DNA of 64,000 bases from an uncultured Bacteroidales bacterium. Lineage in GTDB: Bacteria; Bacteroidota; Bacteroidia; Bacteroidales; Paludibacteraceae. Within the stretch, counting starts at the first letter, position 1, and every line of letters begins with the position of its first letter. The notes below the pieces were generated by a model, which was given only the letters and a program-made list of their open reading frames with translations, was not told the origin of the DNA and ran no database searches. Shown piece after piece: positions 53,394 to 63,157 of the stretch. Made by a program: the position numbers and the translations under genes. The stretch lies in NCBI GenBank assembly GCA_934692905.1, contig CAKUUM010000001.1, positions 27,997 to 91,996 on the forward strand. Direction: 5' to 3'.

Positions 53394-54485
53394 TTATTTA
53401 CCGATACTGATAACCTCGACGGGTTGCGTTTTCGTTACATCCAGAGGGGCAGCCGTGTACTTGACACGCCGGAAGTTGATGTCCGACAAGTTGATACAGC
53501 GGATAGTGGCATTGTACATGGTGCGGAAATAGATACGATGGTTAGCGAGGTCTGTCGCTATGGTGAGTTGTGTGGCACTCGGCATATCGGGAGCGATTTG
53601 CCCTTGCGCAACCTGAATACCGATGGGGATATCAAAATTGTTCAGTATATGAAACGCTTGATTAACAGTTTCTTCCGTTGTCTTCAGTTTAGGGGCAGAG
53701 GCTTGAAAGAATGCCGCCCGCACAAAGCGTGAGGGAGGTGTCATGTCGCCCGGGATACCGTGAAGCCCCCCTCCGCCGCCAAATGCGGTAAGGGTAAGGT
53801 CTCCTATCCGGCGCGTCTGTATAGTCCCTGTCATCAGGTTGATGTAGTTGTTGAGATTCGTCAGGTGCCACTCAAATCCCGGGGCGTTGGTGAGTACGCC
53901 AAGGGTGTTCTCATAGAAGTGCGGCTGCCCGCCGGTGATTTCGAGAACCACCTGTCTGCCAGAGGGTTCCGTAATGCGCCAATGCACTGTGGAACTGCGC
54001 GGGTCGATGCCCACCACGCTGACGGATGGCAGAGCGGCTTGGAGTTCGTCGATAGTGGAGAACGAACTCAGTATCCACGCAACCAATTGAAAATCACTAA
54101 TTGTCTGTTCACGTTTTGACACATCGTAGGGCTCGTATCCGCCATAGGCGGGGAAATAAAAGAGCCCTGCCGCCAATCCCGTTTCGTTGATACCGTCCAT
54201 CACAAATTCAGGCTGCTCGACGGTCAGTCCGACGTATCCGTATTTCGCCCTGAACTTCAAGCCATTCTGCCCGCCGTCGGGCGTGAAAGACTGCTGTTTG
54301 TGTCCGCGCGGTACGACCACATAGCCCGTATTCAGGGGGTCCACCGCCCACTCAATCGTCCTGGCAGTTACGACATCATTGCCCGCGGTACGCAACGTGA
54401 TGCCCGTGCACGCCTGTACTTCACGCGTTGCGCACACCAAAAACACCGACACCAATAAGGTTAAAGGAAAAAGAGACTTCTTCAT
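53394..54485 (-). CDS. Choloylglycine hydrolase / linear amide C-N hydrolase family (Ntn hydrolase), secreted
   Basis: The signal peptide ends ...EVQA|CTGITL, placing the nucleophile Cys at the mature N-terminus as in bile-salt hydrolase / penicillin V acylase relatives. Confidence 0.8.
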   Translation of the reverse strand: MKKSLFPLTLLVSVFLVCATREVQACTGITLRTAGNDVVTARTIEWAVDPLNTGYVVVPRGHKQQSFTPDGGQNGLKFRAKYGYVGLTVEQPEFVMDGINETGLAAGLFYFPAYGGYEPYDVSKREQTISDFQLVAWILSSFSTIDELQAALPSVSVVGIDPRSSTVHWRITEPSGRQVVLEITGGQPHFYENTLGVLTNAPGFEWHLTNLNNYINLMTGTIQTRRIGDLTLTAFGGGGGLHGIPGDMTPPSRFVRAAFFQASAPKLKTTEETVNQAFHILNNFDIPIGIQVAQGQIAPDMPSATQLTIATDLANHRIYFRTMYNATIRCINLSDINFRRVKYTAAPLDVTKTQPVEVISIGK

Positions 54486-54597
54486 AGTTGTACTAATTAG
54501 AGGTTTGACAATAGGTTTGTTGTGTAAAAAAACTGCAACAAATATAGTGCCAAAGTGGCTATGAGTGCTAAATTTGTCCCATATTCCCCCAGCAACC

Positions 54598-54727
54598 TCA
54601 CGGCAAGGTCGGCAGAATCACATACTAATCACATACTAACCACATACTAATCACATACTAATCACATACACTTAGCCCGACAAATACACGAGGGGCAATT
54701 CACAATGCGCAATGCGTAATGCGCAAA
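54598..54727 (-). repeat. Word-array element, TATGTGATTAG type (copy C, inverted), with ATGCGCAAT-type words
   Basis: Reverse complement: gcgcattacgcattgcgcattgtgaattgcccctcgtgtatttgtcgggctaagtg [tatgtgattag x2, tatgtggttag, tatgtgattag] tatgtgatt ctgccgaccttgccg. Confidence 0.85.
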
Positions 54728-54750
54728 GTTTAGAATAATTACATACATTG

Positions 54751-54782
54751 TTTGCGTATATGAAATAAATAATGTACCTTTG
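54751..54782 (+). promoter_or_regulatory. Promoter of the WG-repeat lipoprotein gene
   Basis: TTTG (54751..54754), a 20-bp spacer, then TACCTTTG (54775..54782). Confidence 0.55.
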
Positions 54783-54820
54783 CGGCGGAATGTAATATGC
54801 ATTATTAACCATACTATCCT

Positions 54821-56116
54821 ATGAGACGTTATCTCCCTACCCTGCTGCTGTGCGGGATGCTGGCAGCGGTTTGCACAAGTTGCGAGGAAATCAATCACAC
54901 CGACCCCGACCACGACACCACCAAACTATGGCCCGCCTACGACATTGCCACCAAGAAGTGGGGGTACATCAACGAGAAGGGCAAAATGGTGATTGCGGCT
55001 CAGTACAACGAAGTTCACGGGTTCTCGTGCGGGTATGCGTGTGTTCTCAAGGACGGGCAGATTATGTATATCAATCCAGACGGGGCTGTCCAATTCAGTG
55101 CAGAAGAGAATGACAGTCAGTACCTTTATTACTTCTTCGACGGTCACGATTTCTACTACGATTATGTGGTTGTGCTACAAGACAGGAAATACGGGTTGAT
55201 GAACAACAAGTTTGAGTATGTGGTTCAACCACAATATATGTACATAGGCAATATGAGCAGAAGCGGTCTGGCACTGGTCGAAGAATACCCCGAAAAGTCG
55301 GACTATAATCCGCATCCATACGGCTATATCAACACAAAAGGAGATATTGTAATTTCCTGCCAATATGACCGTGCAGAATCTTTCGTAGACGGGTATGCGA
55401 TAGTGATGGGGGGTAGTGGGTATGATTGTGGCGTTATCAATACCTCGGGTGAGTATGTTATCAAACAAGGCGAACATTCACTTTTGTATGTAGGCGGTGA
55501 TATGTTTGCCTTCAAAAGGCCTAATGATTCCGGCATGGGGCTGCTGAGTGCCAAAGGCGAAATACTATCCAATCCTACCGCAAAAGTCAAATATGAGCCG
55601 GCTGTGGACAATGAACTGATAGGTGTGTCCAACACACAGAGGAAGTTCGGGTATATGGATTTCGGGCGGAATATGAAGATAGACTATCAGTTTGACTATG
55701 TGATGCCGTTCTATGAGGGGTATGCGTTTGTGGAAGTGGAAGAGGGCGATGAGGATATTGTGAAAGTGATAGACACCAAGGGCAAGGTGGTGTACACGTT
55801 GCCCAAATGGAGCGAACCCGAGACCGGTTTCCATAACGGGTTGGCGTTGATTGTGGTGGAGGGGGATGAGGATTACCGCTGCAGATACATCACGCCCAAA
55901 GGGGAGACCGTTTATGAGTGGGTATTGCCTGATGTCATAGATTGTGCGCCTGTGCGCCGACTGACCGAACGTTACACAGCGAATGAGACTCCAAACCCCT
56001 CCATGGAGGCGGACATGACGAATACCATTGAGGGATTTACCGCCCAGACCAAACATTTTTCTTCCGCGCGGCATAGCAGGCGCTATGCCCACAAATGTGA
56101 CCCGTATGAGGATTAA
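54821..56116 (+). CDS. WG-repeat (KWG) containing lipoprotein
   Basis: Lipobox LAAVCTSC. Repeated ...KWGYINEKGKMVI..., ...KYGLMNNKFEYVV..., ...YGYINTKGDIVI... and ...KFGYMDFGRNMKI... units. Confidence 0.8.
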   Translation: MRRYLPTLLLCGMLAAVCTSCEEINHTDPDHDTTKLWPAYDIATKKWGYINEKGKMVIAAQYNEVHGFSCGYACVLKDGQIMYINPDGAVQFSAEENDSQYLYYFFDGHDFYYDYVVVLQDRKYGLMNNKFEYVVQPQYMYIGNMSRSGLALVEEYPEKSDYNPHPYGYINTKGDIVISCQYDRAESFVDGYAIVMGGSGYDCGVINTSGEYVIKQGEHSLLYVGGDMFAFKRPNDSGMGLLSAKGEILSNPTAKVKYEPAVDNELIGVSNTQRKFGYMDFGRNMKIDYQFDYVMPFYEGYAFVEVEEGDEDIVKVIDTKGKVVYTLPKWSEPETGFHNGLALIVVEGDEDYRCRYITPKGETVYEWVLPDVIDCAPVRRLTERYTANETPNPSMEADMTNTIEGFTAQTKHFSSARHSRRYAHKCDPYED

Positions 56117-56210
56117 ACAGGTGAAGACATTGACGACGGGGATGTGTCGTCCCCATAAAAGTGCGCATTTTTGTATAGTGCGCATTTTTGTTTTGTAAAA
56201 ACGTTTTTTA

Positions 56211-56242
56211 TTTGTCTGTTTAGGAATAATTATGTACCTTTG
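56211..56242 (+). promoter_or_regulatory. Promoter of the mce-mmd operon
   Basis: TTTG (56211..56214), a 20-bp spacer, then TACCTTTG (56235..56242), leaving a leader of about 145 nt. Confidence 0.55.
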
Positions 56243-56395
56243 TGCCAAATTTGGTTTTGTGAGAGGGCTATAAAAAGAGGTGAAAAACCAAAGTGAAAAT
56301 GCTCTTGCGGAAAGAGCGGCAAAAGGTGGGGCGACAGGGGTAAAAGCAGACAAAAAGAATATAAAAATATAGTTTAACTTATAAATCAACAAACA

Positions 56396-56809
56396 ATGAA
56401 ACCAACTCATATTGAGCATCTTGGAATCGCTGTGACAAGTTTGGAAGAGGCAATGCCGTTCTTCGAGTTCTTAACCGGTAGCAAATGCTACGCTATTGAA
56501 GAGGTTGCAGACCAGAAAGTTAAGACCGCGTTCTTCAAGGTGGGTCAAACAAAAATCGAGTTATTGGAGCCGACATGCCCTGAGTCCACTATCGCAAAAT
56601 TCATCGAGAAAAACGGCGGTCGCGGCGGCGTTCACCACGTAGCATTCAACGTAGAGAGCGTTGAGGAGGCTCTGAAAGAGGCAGAGGCAGCAGGTATCCA
56701 ACTGATTGACAAGGCTCCCCGCAAAGGCGCAGAGAACCTGATGATTGCATTCCTGCACCCGAAGAGCACGAAGGGTGTATTGACAGAGTTGTGCCAACAG
56801 CCCAAATAA
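56396..56809 (+). CDS. mce: Methylmalonyl-CoA epimerase (VOC/glyoxalase fold)
   Basis: IEHLGIAV...KIELLEP...GGVHHVAF...; 137 aa; lies upstream of the decarboxylase genes. Confidence 0.85.
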   Translation: MKPTHIEHLGIAVTSLEEAMPFFEFLTGSKCYAIEEVADQKVKTAFFKVGQTKIELLEPTCPESTIAKFIEKNGGRGGVHHVAFNVESVEEALKEAEAAGIQLIDKAPRKGAENLMIAFLHPKSTKGVLTELCQQPK

Positions 56810-56946
56810 TTTTGCGTTTTTCTTGGCATCTTGCCGCTTGCTGCGCAGTCACAATGTCCAATTGCTCCTTTGCAGCGCACGCCAAACTGCTCAAGAAAAC
56901 TCACAAAATTCACAAATGTAACTAACTACGCACAATTAGTGTAATT

Positions 56947-58503
56947 ATGGATAACGTAAAATTGCAAAAACTGATTGACAATCGCGCAAAGGCAGCAGCC
57001 GGAGGCGGTGAAGCAGCAATCGAAAAACATCACGCAAAAGGCAGTTATACTGCCCGTGAGCGTATCAATATGCTCCTCGACGAGGGGTCGTTTGAGGAAG
57101 TGAACATGTTCCTCACCCACCGTTGCCACGATTTCGGCATGGAGAAGAAAGTCTTCCTCGGTGACGGTGTGGCAGTAGGTTCGGGTACCATTGACGGCCG
57201 TTTAGTATTCGTATTCGCACAGGACGCAACCGTTATCGGCGGTTCGCTGAGCGAGACCATGGCGCAGAAAATCTGCAACGTCATGGATATGGCTATGAAA
57301 CTGGGTGCACCTATCATCGGTCTGAACGACTCGGGTGGTGCACGTATCCAGGAAGGTGCTTGCGCACTGGCAGGCTACGCAGAGATTTTCGAGCGTAACA
57401 TCCTCGCCAGCGGTGTGGTACCCCAAATCAGTGTCATCTTTGGTCCGTGCGCCGGCGGTGCCGTTTACAGCCCCGCGTTGACCGACTTCATCATGATGAC
57501 CGAGCAGAACTCGTATATGTTCATCACCGGTCCGAAGGTAGTGAAATCGGTTACAGGTGAGGACGTTAGCGTAGAAGACCTCGGCGGTGCAAAGGTACAC
57601 GCAACGAAGTCGGGTGTCACCCACTTTGTGGCAGCCACAGAGGAAGAGGCTATCGCCCAAGTACGCCGTCTGGTAAGTTTCATCCCGCAAAACAACATGG
57701 AGGAGGCTCCTGTGCTGAAGTGCACCGACGACCCCATGCGTGTGGAGGAGAGCCTGAACGAGATTGTACCTGACGACCCGAACAAACCTTATAATATGAA
57801 GGACATCATCAACCTGATTGTTGATAACGGCGACTTCATGGAGGTTCAAAAAGACTATGCCAAGAACATCATCTGCGGTTTTGCACGTTTCAACGGCCGC
57901 TCGACCGGTATCATCGCCAACCAGCCGAGTTGGCTGGCAGGTGTGCTGGACTGCGACGCCAGCCGCAAGGCAGCCCGCTTCGTGCGTTTCTGCGATGCGT
58001 TCAACATCCAGATTCTGACGTTGGTTGACGTGCCGGGCTTCTTGTGCGGTACCGGTCAAGAGTACGCAGGTATCATCGACCACGGAGCAAAACTGATGTT
58101 TGCTTACGGTGAGGCTACCGTTCCAAAGGTAACAATCACGGTTCGCAAGTCGTACGGCGGAAGCCATATCGTGATGAGTTGCAAGCAGTTGCGCGGCGAT
58201 ATGTGCTATGCATGGCCCAATGCGGAGATTGCCGTCATGGGTGCCAGTGGTGCAGTGGGCGTGCTTCAAGCCAAGGCTATCAAGGCTATCGAAGACCCCG
58301 AAGAGAAGAAAAAATTCATTGCTGAGAAAGAGGCAGAGTACAAAGACTTGTTCGCAAGTCCGTATCAGGCTGCAAACCGCGGCTACATCGACGACATCAT
58401 CGAGCCGCGCAATACCCGTAAGCGTATTATCCACGCCTTCGAGAACCTGCAGACCAAGCGCCTGACGAACCCTCTGAAGAAGCATTCAAATATCCCATTG
58501 TAG
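56947..58503 (+). CDS. mmdA: Methylmalonyl-CoA decarboxylase alpha subunit / acyl-CoA carboxyltransferase
   Basis: Carboxyl_trans family (GGARIQEG, GPCAGGAVYSPALTD); 518 aa. Confidence 0.9.
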   Translation: MDNVKLQKLIDNRAKAAAGGGEAAIEKHHAKGSYTARERINMLLDEGSFEEVNMFLTHRCHDFGMEKKVFLGDGVAVGSGTIDGRLVFVFAQDATVIGGSLSETMAQKICNVMDMAMKLGAPIIGLNDSGGARIQEGACALAGYAEIFERNILASGVVPQISVIFGPCAGGAVYSPALTDFIMMTEQNSYMFITGPKVVKSVTGEDVSVEDLGGAKVHATKSGVTHFVAATEEEAIAQVRRLVSFIPQNNMEEAPVLKCTDDPMRVEESLNEIVPDDPNKPYNMKDIINLIVDNGDFMEVQKDYAKNIICGFARFNGRSTGIIANQPSWLAGVLDCDASRKAARFVRFCDAFNIQILTLVDVPGFLCGTGQEYAGIIDHGAKLMFAYGEATVPKVTITVRKSYGGSHIVMSCKQLRGDMCYAWPNAEIAVMGASGAVGVLQAKAIKAIEDPEEKKKFIAEKEAEYKDLFASPYQAANRGYIDDIIEPRNTRKRIIHAFENLQTKRLTNPLKKHSNIPL

Positions 58504-58504
58504 T

Positions 58505-58861
58505 ATGATTTTCCTTGAAGTAAACTCATTCATTTGGATGGTGACGGGACTGGGCTTCTGCCTGGTACTGCTGCTGCTGTTCGTGTTTGTGTACGTTCTG
58601 AAACTGATGGGTTGGATTATGCAACCGCGCGTAAAGCCCAAGAAACAGGCAGAACCGCAACACTCACAAACCGTGGCGCACACACAGAAAGAGGACAAAG
58701 AGCGCATCACCCTGACCGCCGACAGCACGGCAGCCATCGCGTTGGCACTGCACCTCTACTACAACGGCGTGCACGATGAGGAATCCACCAAAACTATTGT
58801 TCAACCCCACCGTACACAATGGAACAACAAGATGTACGGCATGAATAATCTTCACAGATAA
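58505..58861 (+). CDS. OadG-family small membrane subunit (decarboxylase delta/gamma-type anchor)
   Basis: Single N-terminal TM (WMVTGLGFCLVLLLLFVFVYVL), with position and size typical of OadG/MmdD. Confidence 0.7.
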   Translation: MIFLEVNSFIWMVTGLGFCLVLLLLFVFVYVLKLMGWIMQPRVKPKKQAEPQHSQTVAHTQKEDKERITLTADSTAAIALALHLYYNGVHDEESTKTIVQPHRTQWNNKMYGMNNLHR

Positions 58862-58862
58862 G

Positions 58863-59612
58863 ATGAAAGCATTTCAATTTACCATCGACGGCCGCAAATA
58901 CGACACGACCGTCAACGAGATAGACGGCGGCATGGCTGAGGTAACAGTCAACGGTACCGTTTTCCATGTGGCTATCGACCAAATGAAGAACGCCACCTCT
59001 ATCAAACCTGCCGCTCCACGCGCTGCCGCTGCTCCTGCAGCCGCTCCGAAGGTGGCTCAAGCCGCAGGCACCACCGTAGTCAAGAGCCCGCTACCCGGTA
59101 GCATCGTCAAGGTGGTAGCCGCTGCAGGTCTAGCCGTTAAGCGCGGTGACTTGCTCCTGACCATGGAGAGTATGAAGATGGAGAACCAAGTGCTCAGCGA
59201 GGTTGAGGGTACCGTGAAGGCAGTGCTCGTACAGCCCGGTCAGAACGTGATGCAGGACGACAAACTGGTTGAGATTGAGACCGTTGCCATTGCAGCCGCA
59301 CCTGCCACTGCTCCCGCAGCACCTAAGGTAGCACCCGCTCCGAAACCCGCTCCTGCTCCTGCACCTGCTGCCCCCAAGGCGGCTGACGTACCCGCAGACG
59401 GAAAGAAAGTGGTTTCGCCACTGCCCGGTAGCATCATCAAGGTGGTAGTGACTGAAGGTCAAGTTGTGAAGAAAGGCGACCTCCTGCTCACCCTTGAGAG
59501 CATGAAGATGGAGAACTCCGTATTGGCAGAGTGCGACGGCACGGTGACAAAGATTGCCGTGGCTGCCGGTCAGAACGTAATGCAGGACGACCTGCTTGTA
59601 GTACTCGGATAA
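58863..59612 (+). CDS. mmdC: Biotin carboxyl carrier subunit with two tandem biotinyl domains
   Basis: Two copies of PLPGSI[IV]KV...GD[L]LLT[LM]ESMKMEN...GQNVMQDD, separated by an Ala/Pro linker, plus a small N-terminal domain. Confidence 0.85.
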   Translation: MKAFQFTIDGRKYDTTVNEIDGGMAEVTVNGTVFHVAIDQMKNATSIKPAAPRAAAAPAAAPKVAQAAGTTVVKSPLPGSIVKVVAAAGLAVKRGDLLLTMESMKMENQVLSEVEGTVKAVLVQPGQNVMQDDKLVEIETVAIAAAPATAPAAPKVAPAPKPAPAPAPAAPKAADVPADGKKVVSPLPGSIIKVVVTEGQVVKKGDLLLTLESMKMENSVLAECDGTVTKIAVAAGQNVMQDDLLVVLG

Positions 59613-59624
59613 TCATTGCCTGAT

Positions 59625-60920
59625 ATGGAGCAAGTATTAGAGTTCTTCCAGACAATGGGATTTATGAATATGGACTGGCGTCAGGGCGTGATGCTGCTCA
59701 TATCGTTCTTCCTGTTGTATCTGGCCATCAAGAAGCAGTACGAACCGTTGCTGCTCTTGCCTATCGCGTTTGGTATGTTGCTGACCAATCTGCCCAACGC
59801 CCATATGTTCAACCAGGAGTTGTGGGACTTGTTCCTTGCCAAGGACCTGTTCTATGACCCGAATGTGGTTAATCCCGATTCTATCACCAACGTGCTGGAC
59901 GCGTTCCGCAATGGAATCTTGGTAGATGCGGCTCATAGTACGAGCGATATGCTGGCGATTGCCAACCCGTCGTATCACAGTTACGGTGCGGTGATGAAGA
60001 ATGCCGGTCTGCTTGACGTGCTGTATATCGGTGTCAAGGCCGGTTTGTACCCCTGCTTGATTTTCATCGGTGTGGGCGCTATGACCGACTTCGGTCCGCT
60101 GATTGCCAACCCGAAATCGCTGATGTTGGGTGCGGCTGCTCAGATTGGTATCTTCATTACGTTCCTTTGCGCCAATGCTATCGGCTTCACGCCCGCTGAG
60201 GCAGGTTCGATTGGTATCATCGGTGGTGCCGACGGTCCTACGTCCATCTACCTGACATCCAAACTGGCTCCGCATCTGCTCGGTCCTATTGCTATCGCGG
60301 CTTACTCGTACATGGCACTCGTGCCTGTCATCCAACCGCCTATCATGAAGACCCTGACTACCAAGAAAGAGCGTCAAATCAAGATGAAACAACTCCGCTC
60401 GGTGAGCAAGGTGGAGAAGATTGTCTTCCCCGTTGTCATCACCGCTATCGTGGCACTCGTATTGCCCGATGCTGCTCCGCTGATTGGCTGCCTCATGCTG
60501 GGTAACCTGATGAAGGAGTGCGGCGTGGTTGACCGTCTGAGCAAAACCGCGCAGAACGAGTTGATGAACATCGTTGTTATCTTCCTCGGCTTGTCGGTAG
60601 GTGCTACGGCTACGGGTGCTACTTTCTTGAATGCCAAGACGATTGCTATCCTCTGTATGGGTATTGTGGCATTCAGCCTGAGTACCGCAGGTGGTGTGTT
60701 GCTGGCTAAGTTGATGAACCTCTTCTCGAAAGAGAAAATCAACCCGCTCATCGGTTCGGCTGGTGTTAGTGCAGTGCCTATGGCAGCCCGTGTCAGCCAA
60801 ATAGAGGGGCAAAAAGCAGACCCGACCAACTTCCTGCTCATGCACGCCATGGGTCCGAATGTTGCCGGTGTCATCGGTTCCGCTGTAGCAGCAGGTATCC
60901 TGCTCTCCATGCTCGGATAA
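59625..60920 (+). CDS. mmdB: Sodium ion-translocating decarboxylase beta subunit
   Basis: OadB/MmdB family polytopic membrane protein ([24 protein letters not shown]). The ATG at 59625 is preferred over the TTG at 59616. Confidence 0.9.
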   Translation: MEQVLEFFQTMGFMNMDWRQGVMLLISFFLLYLAIKKQYEPLLLLPIAFGMLLTNLPNAHMFNQELWDLFLAKDLFYDPNVVNPDSITNVLDAFRNGILVDAAHSTSDMLAIANPSYHSYGAVMKNAGLLDVLYIGVKAGLYPCLIFIGVGAMTDFGPLIANPKSLMLGAAAQIGIFITFLCANAIGFTPAEAGSIGIIGGADGPTSIYLTSKLAPHLLGPIAIAAYSYMALVPVIQPPIMKTLTTKKERQIKMKQLRSVSKVEKIVFPVVITAIVALVLPDAAPLIGCLMLGNLMKECGVVDRLSKTAQNELMNIVVIFLGLSVGATATGATFLNAKTIAILCMGIVAFSLSTAGGVLLAKLMNLFSKEKINPLIGSAGVSAVPMAARVSQIEGQKADPTNFLLMHAMGPNVAGVIGSAVAAGILLSMLG

Positions 60921-60943
60921 TAGGCTGTATTAAATAAAAAAGA

Positions 60944-60977
60944 CTGCCTGACAAAACCTGTCTCAGGCAGTTTTTTT
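60944..60977 (+). terminator. Intrinsic terminator of the mmd operon
   Basis: ctgcctga-N11-tcaggcag, followed by TTTTTTT. Confidence 0.8.
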
Positions 60978-61053
60978 GTATCTGCCATTGGAAAGGATGC
61001 TTCATCTTGTTTTGGCAGATTATCGCACCATACAAGTACAAGCATGAAAGATG

Positions 61054-61134
61054 TCAGAAAGACCAGTAGTTGCCGTTGTTCTGCACATTGTTCACATTCG
61101 ACCCGTTGCGGTTGCCCGAAGCAGGCAAGAAAAC
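61054..61134 (-). pseudogene. Short remnant of a paralogue of the 61486..62541 gene
   Basis: Minus-strand translation VFLPASGNRNGSNVNNVQNNGNYWSF* parallels AVFLPASGRRLGSYANSVQGYGSYWSA of the intact neighbour. DNA similarity to 61603..61680 is visible by eye. Confidence 0.5.
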
Positions 61135-61394
61135 ACAAAGTAGTAGCCGCTCCTTACACCATAAGGGGAATATATTTTCCGAAAGAGACTACCTTATGGA
61201 GCGTCTCAACAGCCCTGAGGGCTGTATTTTGGCATACAAACGCCGAGTACTTCCTCAGCGCGGGCTACTGATTTATCTATGCACACTACCACACGACTCC
61301 TCCGAGCGATATGGTACTCCGGCTACACCTATGTGCACACCCTCTCTATACTTTATATATAATGCTTTGTCATATAGGGACGATGTCCCGCCGA

Positions 61395-61431
61395 CTTCAC
61401 TGCTTGCCCCATCGAGGGGCAAGCAGTGAAG
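61395..61431. other. Perfect 16-bp-stem hairpin downstream of the 61486..62541 gene
   Basis: cttcactgcttgcccc-atcga-ggggcaagcagtgaag. There is no clear U-tract on either strand. Confidence 0.6.
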
Positions 61432-61485
61432 AGCAGTATCCGCCCAACGTAGCAGCCACCCTTACGGGATGTCTGCTACTATTGT

Positions 61486-62541
61486 TTAATCTAAATCTTG
61501 AACAAGACGGACTGCTTGCCCGGTGTCGCGATGCCAACTGTGGCCCGCGTTCGCTTCGCTCGAGAAGAAGCAGAATACGTCCGCGTAGTCCGAGACGAAA
61601 GGCGTAGCAGACCAGTAGCTGCCGTAGCCCTGCACACTGTTCGCATACGACCCGAGGCGGCGGCCCGAAGCAGGCAAGAAAACTGCGCCTGCGGCTTCCA
61701 ACTTCTGCCAATCAGCAAGAGTGAAAGTCTGGTAGTCAGCATACGCCCGAACGCTGTGCGTATCAGAGAAGCCCGACTTGAAGGTTACACCAGCAGGACA
61801 TGTCCATGTATCAGGGAGTAGGATAAGACCATTCGCATACTCAGTACTATCCGCATTGAGGGCTATACGTGCCACACCTACCAAATCATTCGCATTAGCA
61901 CGATTCCAACGCAGGTAGTACCATTCGTCATTAGTCAGTGTGTACCATGTGTTGCCATCACCAATGTTCTTACCCCAATCCACGAAGTCACCACTATAAT
62001 CAGAATTGGACTGTGATGTACCAATACCCCACTTGGCTGTAGCAGTACTACCACTCCAACCAAACAAGTCAATTATGTCCGCCAAGCCACTACCATTTAC
62101 ATTTGCATCGCCAATCATATCATATTGATGCTCAGCAAACGACCATGTCTGTGTACTTTGCGTGTATTGAAGATTGCCACGAGAGAAACGCACTTGCTTA
62201 TCCGCGCTCACAGAAAATGCACCTGCAAGTGGTTTGTCCGATACGGTGTCGGGGCAATACTGAATATACACCGTGTCCTTGATAATTTGGGTAATGGTAT
62301 CACGTACGGTGATTATCTTTGTGATAGTATCGTGCACCGTTACGGTCTTGATGATGGTGTCGTGTATCTCTTCGCACTCGTTGAGAATACCATCGGGAAA
62401 CTGCAAGAAGGTAACGCTATCTACATCCGTGGTGAAGTATTGGGTATAGGTGTTACCCTCCCATACCTGCATACGACGTTGAGCATTAACGCTCAACAGG
62501 GTGGCGACAATCATTGTCGCCAAAAGAATAATTCTTTTCAT
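61486..62541 (-). CDS. Secreted protein with DTIxK tandem repeats and a C-terminal FISUMP/DUF1566-like domain (uncertain family)
   Basis: Signal peptide MKRIILLATMIVATLLSVNA. Repeats HDTIIKTVTVHDTITKIITVRDTITQIIKDTV. The C-terminal pattern GAVFLPASG...GSYWSAT...GQAVRLVQD resembles the Fibrobacter-major-paralogous-domain style motif. Confidence 0.6.
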   Translation of the reverse strand: MKRIILLATMIVATLLSVNAQRRMQVWEGNTYTQYFTTDVDSVTFLQFPDGILNECEEIHDTIIKTVTVHDTITKIITVRDTITQIIKDTVYIQYCPDTVSDKPLAGAFSVSADKQVRFSRGNLQYTQSTQTWSFAEHQYDMIGDANVNGSGLADIIDLFGWSGSTATAKWGIGTSQSNSDYSGDFVDWGKNIGDGNTWYTLTNDEWYYLRWNRANANDLVGVARIALNADSTEYANGLILLPDTWTCPAGVTFKSGFSDTHSVRAYADYQTFTLADWQKLEAAGAVFLPASGRRLGSYANSVQGYGSYWSATPFVSDYADVFCFFSSEANAGHSWHRDTGQAVRLVQDLD

Positions 62542-62567
62542 ATTGTTATTTGTTTCATGTTATTACT

Positions 62568-63047
62568 CTACTCCTTGATAAATCTCATTACCTGTGTCCC
62601 TATCTGCAGCAGATATGTGCCTTGCGGCAACTGACTGACATTGATTTGTGTCCCTTGTGCCGTGGTGAGCAACTGCCCTGTGGTGGAATAGACACGCAGC
62701 GTGGCATCGTCGGGAATGCCCTGTACGCAGAGCACCTCGTGCGTGGGGTTGGGATAGACGATGACTGTGCCGGGCTGTGCGTCGTCTGTAGCGGTGGGCA
62801 CGGGCGGGGTGTTGGAGAAGGTGATTTTGATAATGTTTTCCATATACTCTTCTCCCAACAGATAACCCTCATGGTCAATCAGTCGGATACGGTCGTCCAC
62901 GAAGACCCATTTGCCGATAGCGGCAATGTCTTCCATTCGGTCGGCACCAAAATAACGGTGCTCAACTACCAATTTGTCTGCCCTGACGGTCGTGGCACAC
63001 AAGAGTGCCATAAACAGACAACATCGTAATAAAATCGTTTTTCTCAT
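62568..63047 (-). CDS. Small secreted protein with a T9SS type A C-terminal sorting domain
   Basis: Signal peptide, then a C-terminal VIVYPNPTHEVLCVQGIPDDATLRVYSTTGQLL...VSQLPQGTYLLQIGTQVMRFIKE (Por secretion tail pattern). Confidence 0.8.
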   Translation of the reverse strand: MRKTILLRCCLFMALLCATTVRADKLVVEHRYFGADRMEDIAAIGKWVFVDDRIRLIDHEGYLLGEEYMENIIKITFSNTPPVPTATDDAQPGTVIVYPNPTHEVLCVQGIPDDATLRVYSTTGQLLTTAQGTQINVSQLPQGTYLLQIGTQVMRFIKE

Positions 63048-63157
63048 ATCTTTTTTATTTTTGTTGATTATATTTCTTCCAGTTTGCCAAATGCTTATTC
63101 ACCAAAACGAATATTCCCCAACCAAGAAACGTAAATATCTGACAAGCCTGAACGTTC

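Noticed and set aside
57202-60845. 427-aa and 402-aa minus-strand ORFs (57202..58485 and 59637..60845), plus the 254-aa ORF at 60374..61138
   Set aside because: They are antisense to mmdA and mmdB. The last one also runs across the operon terminator.
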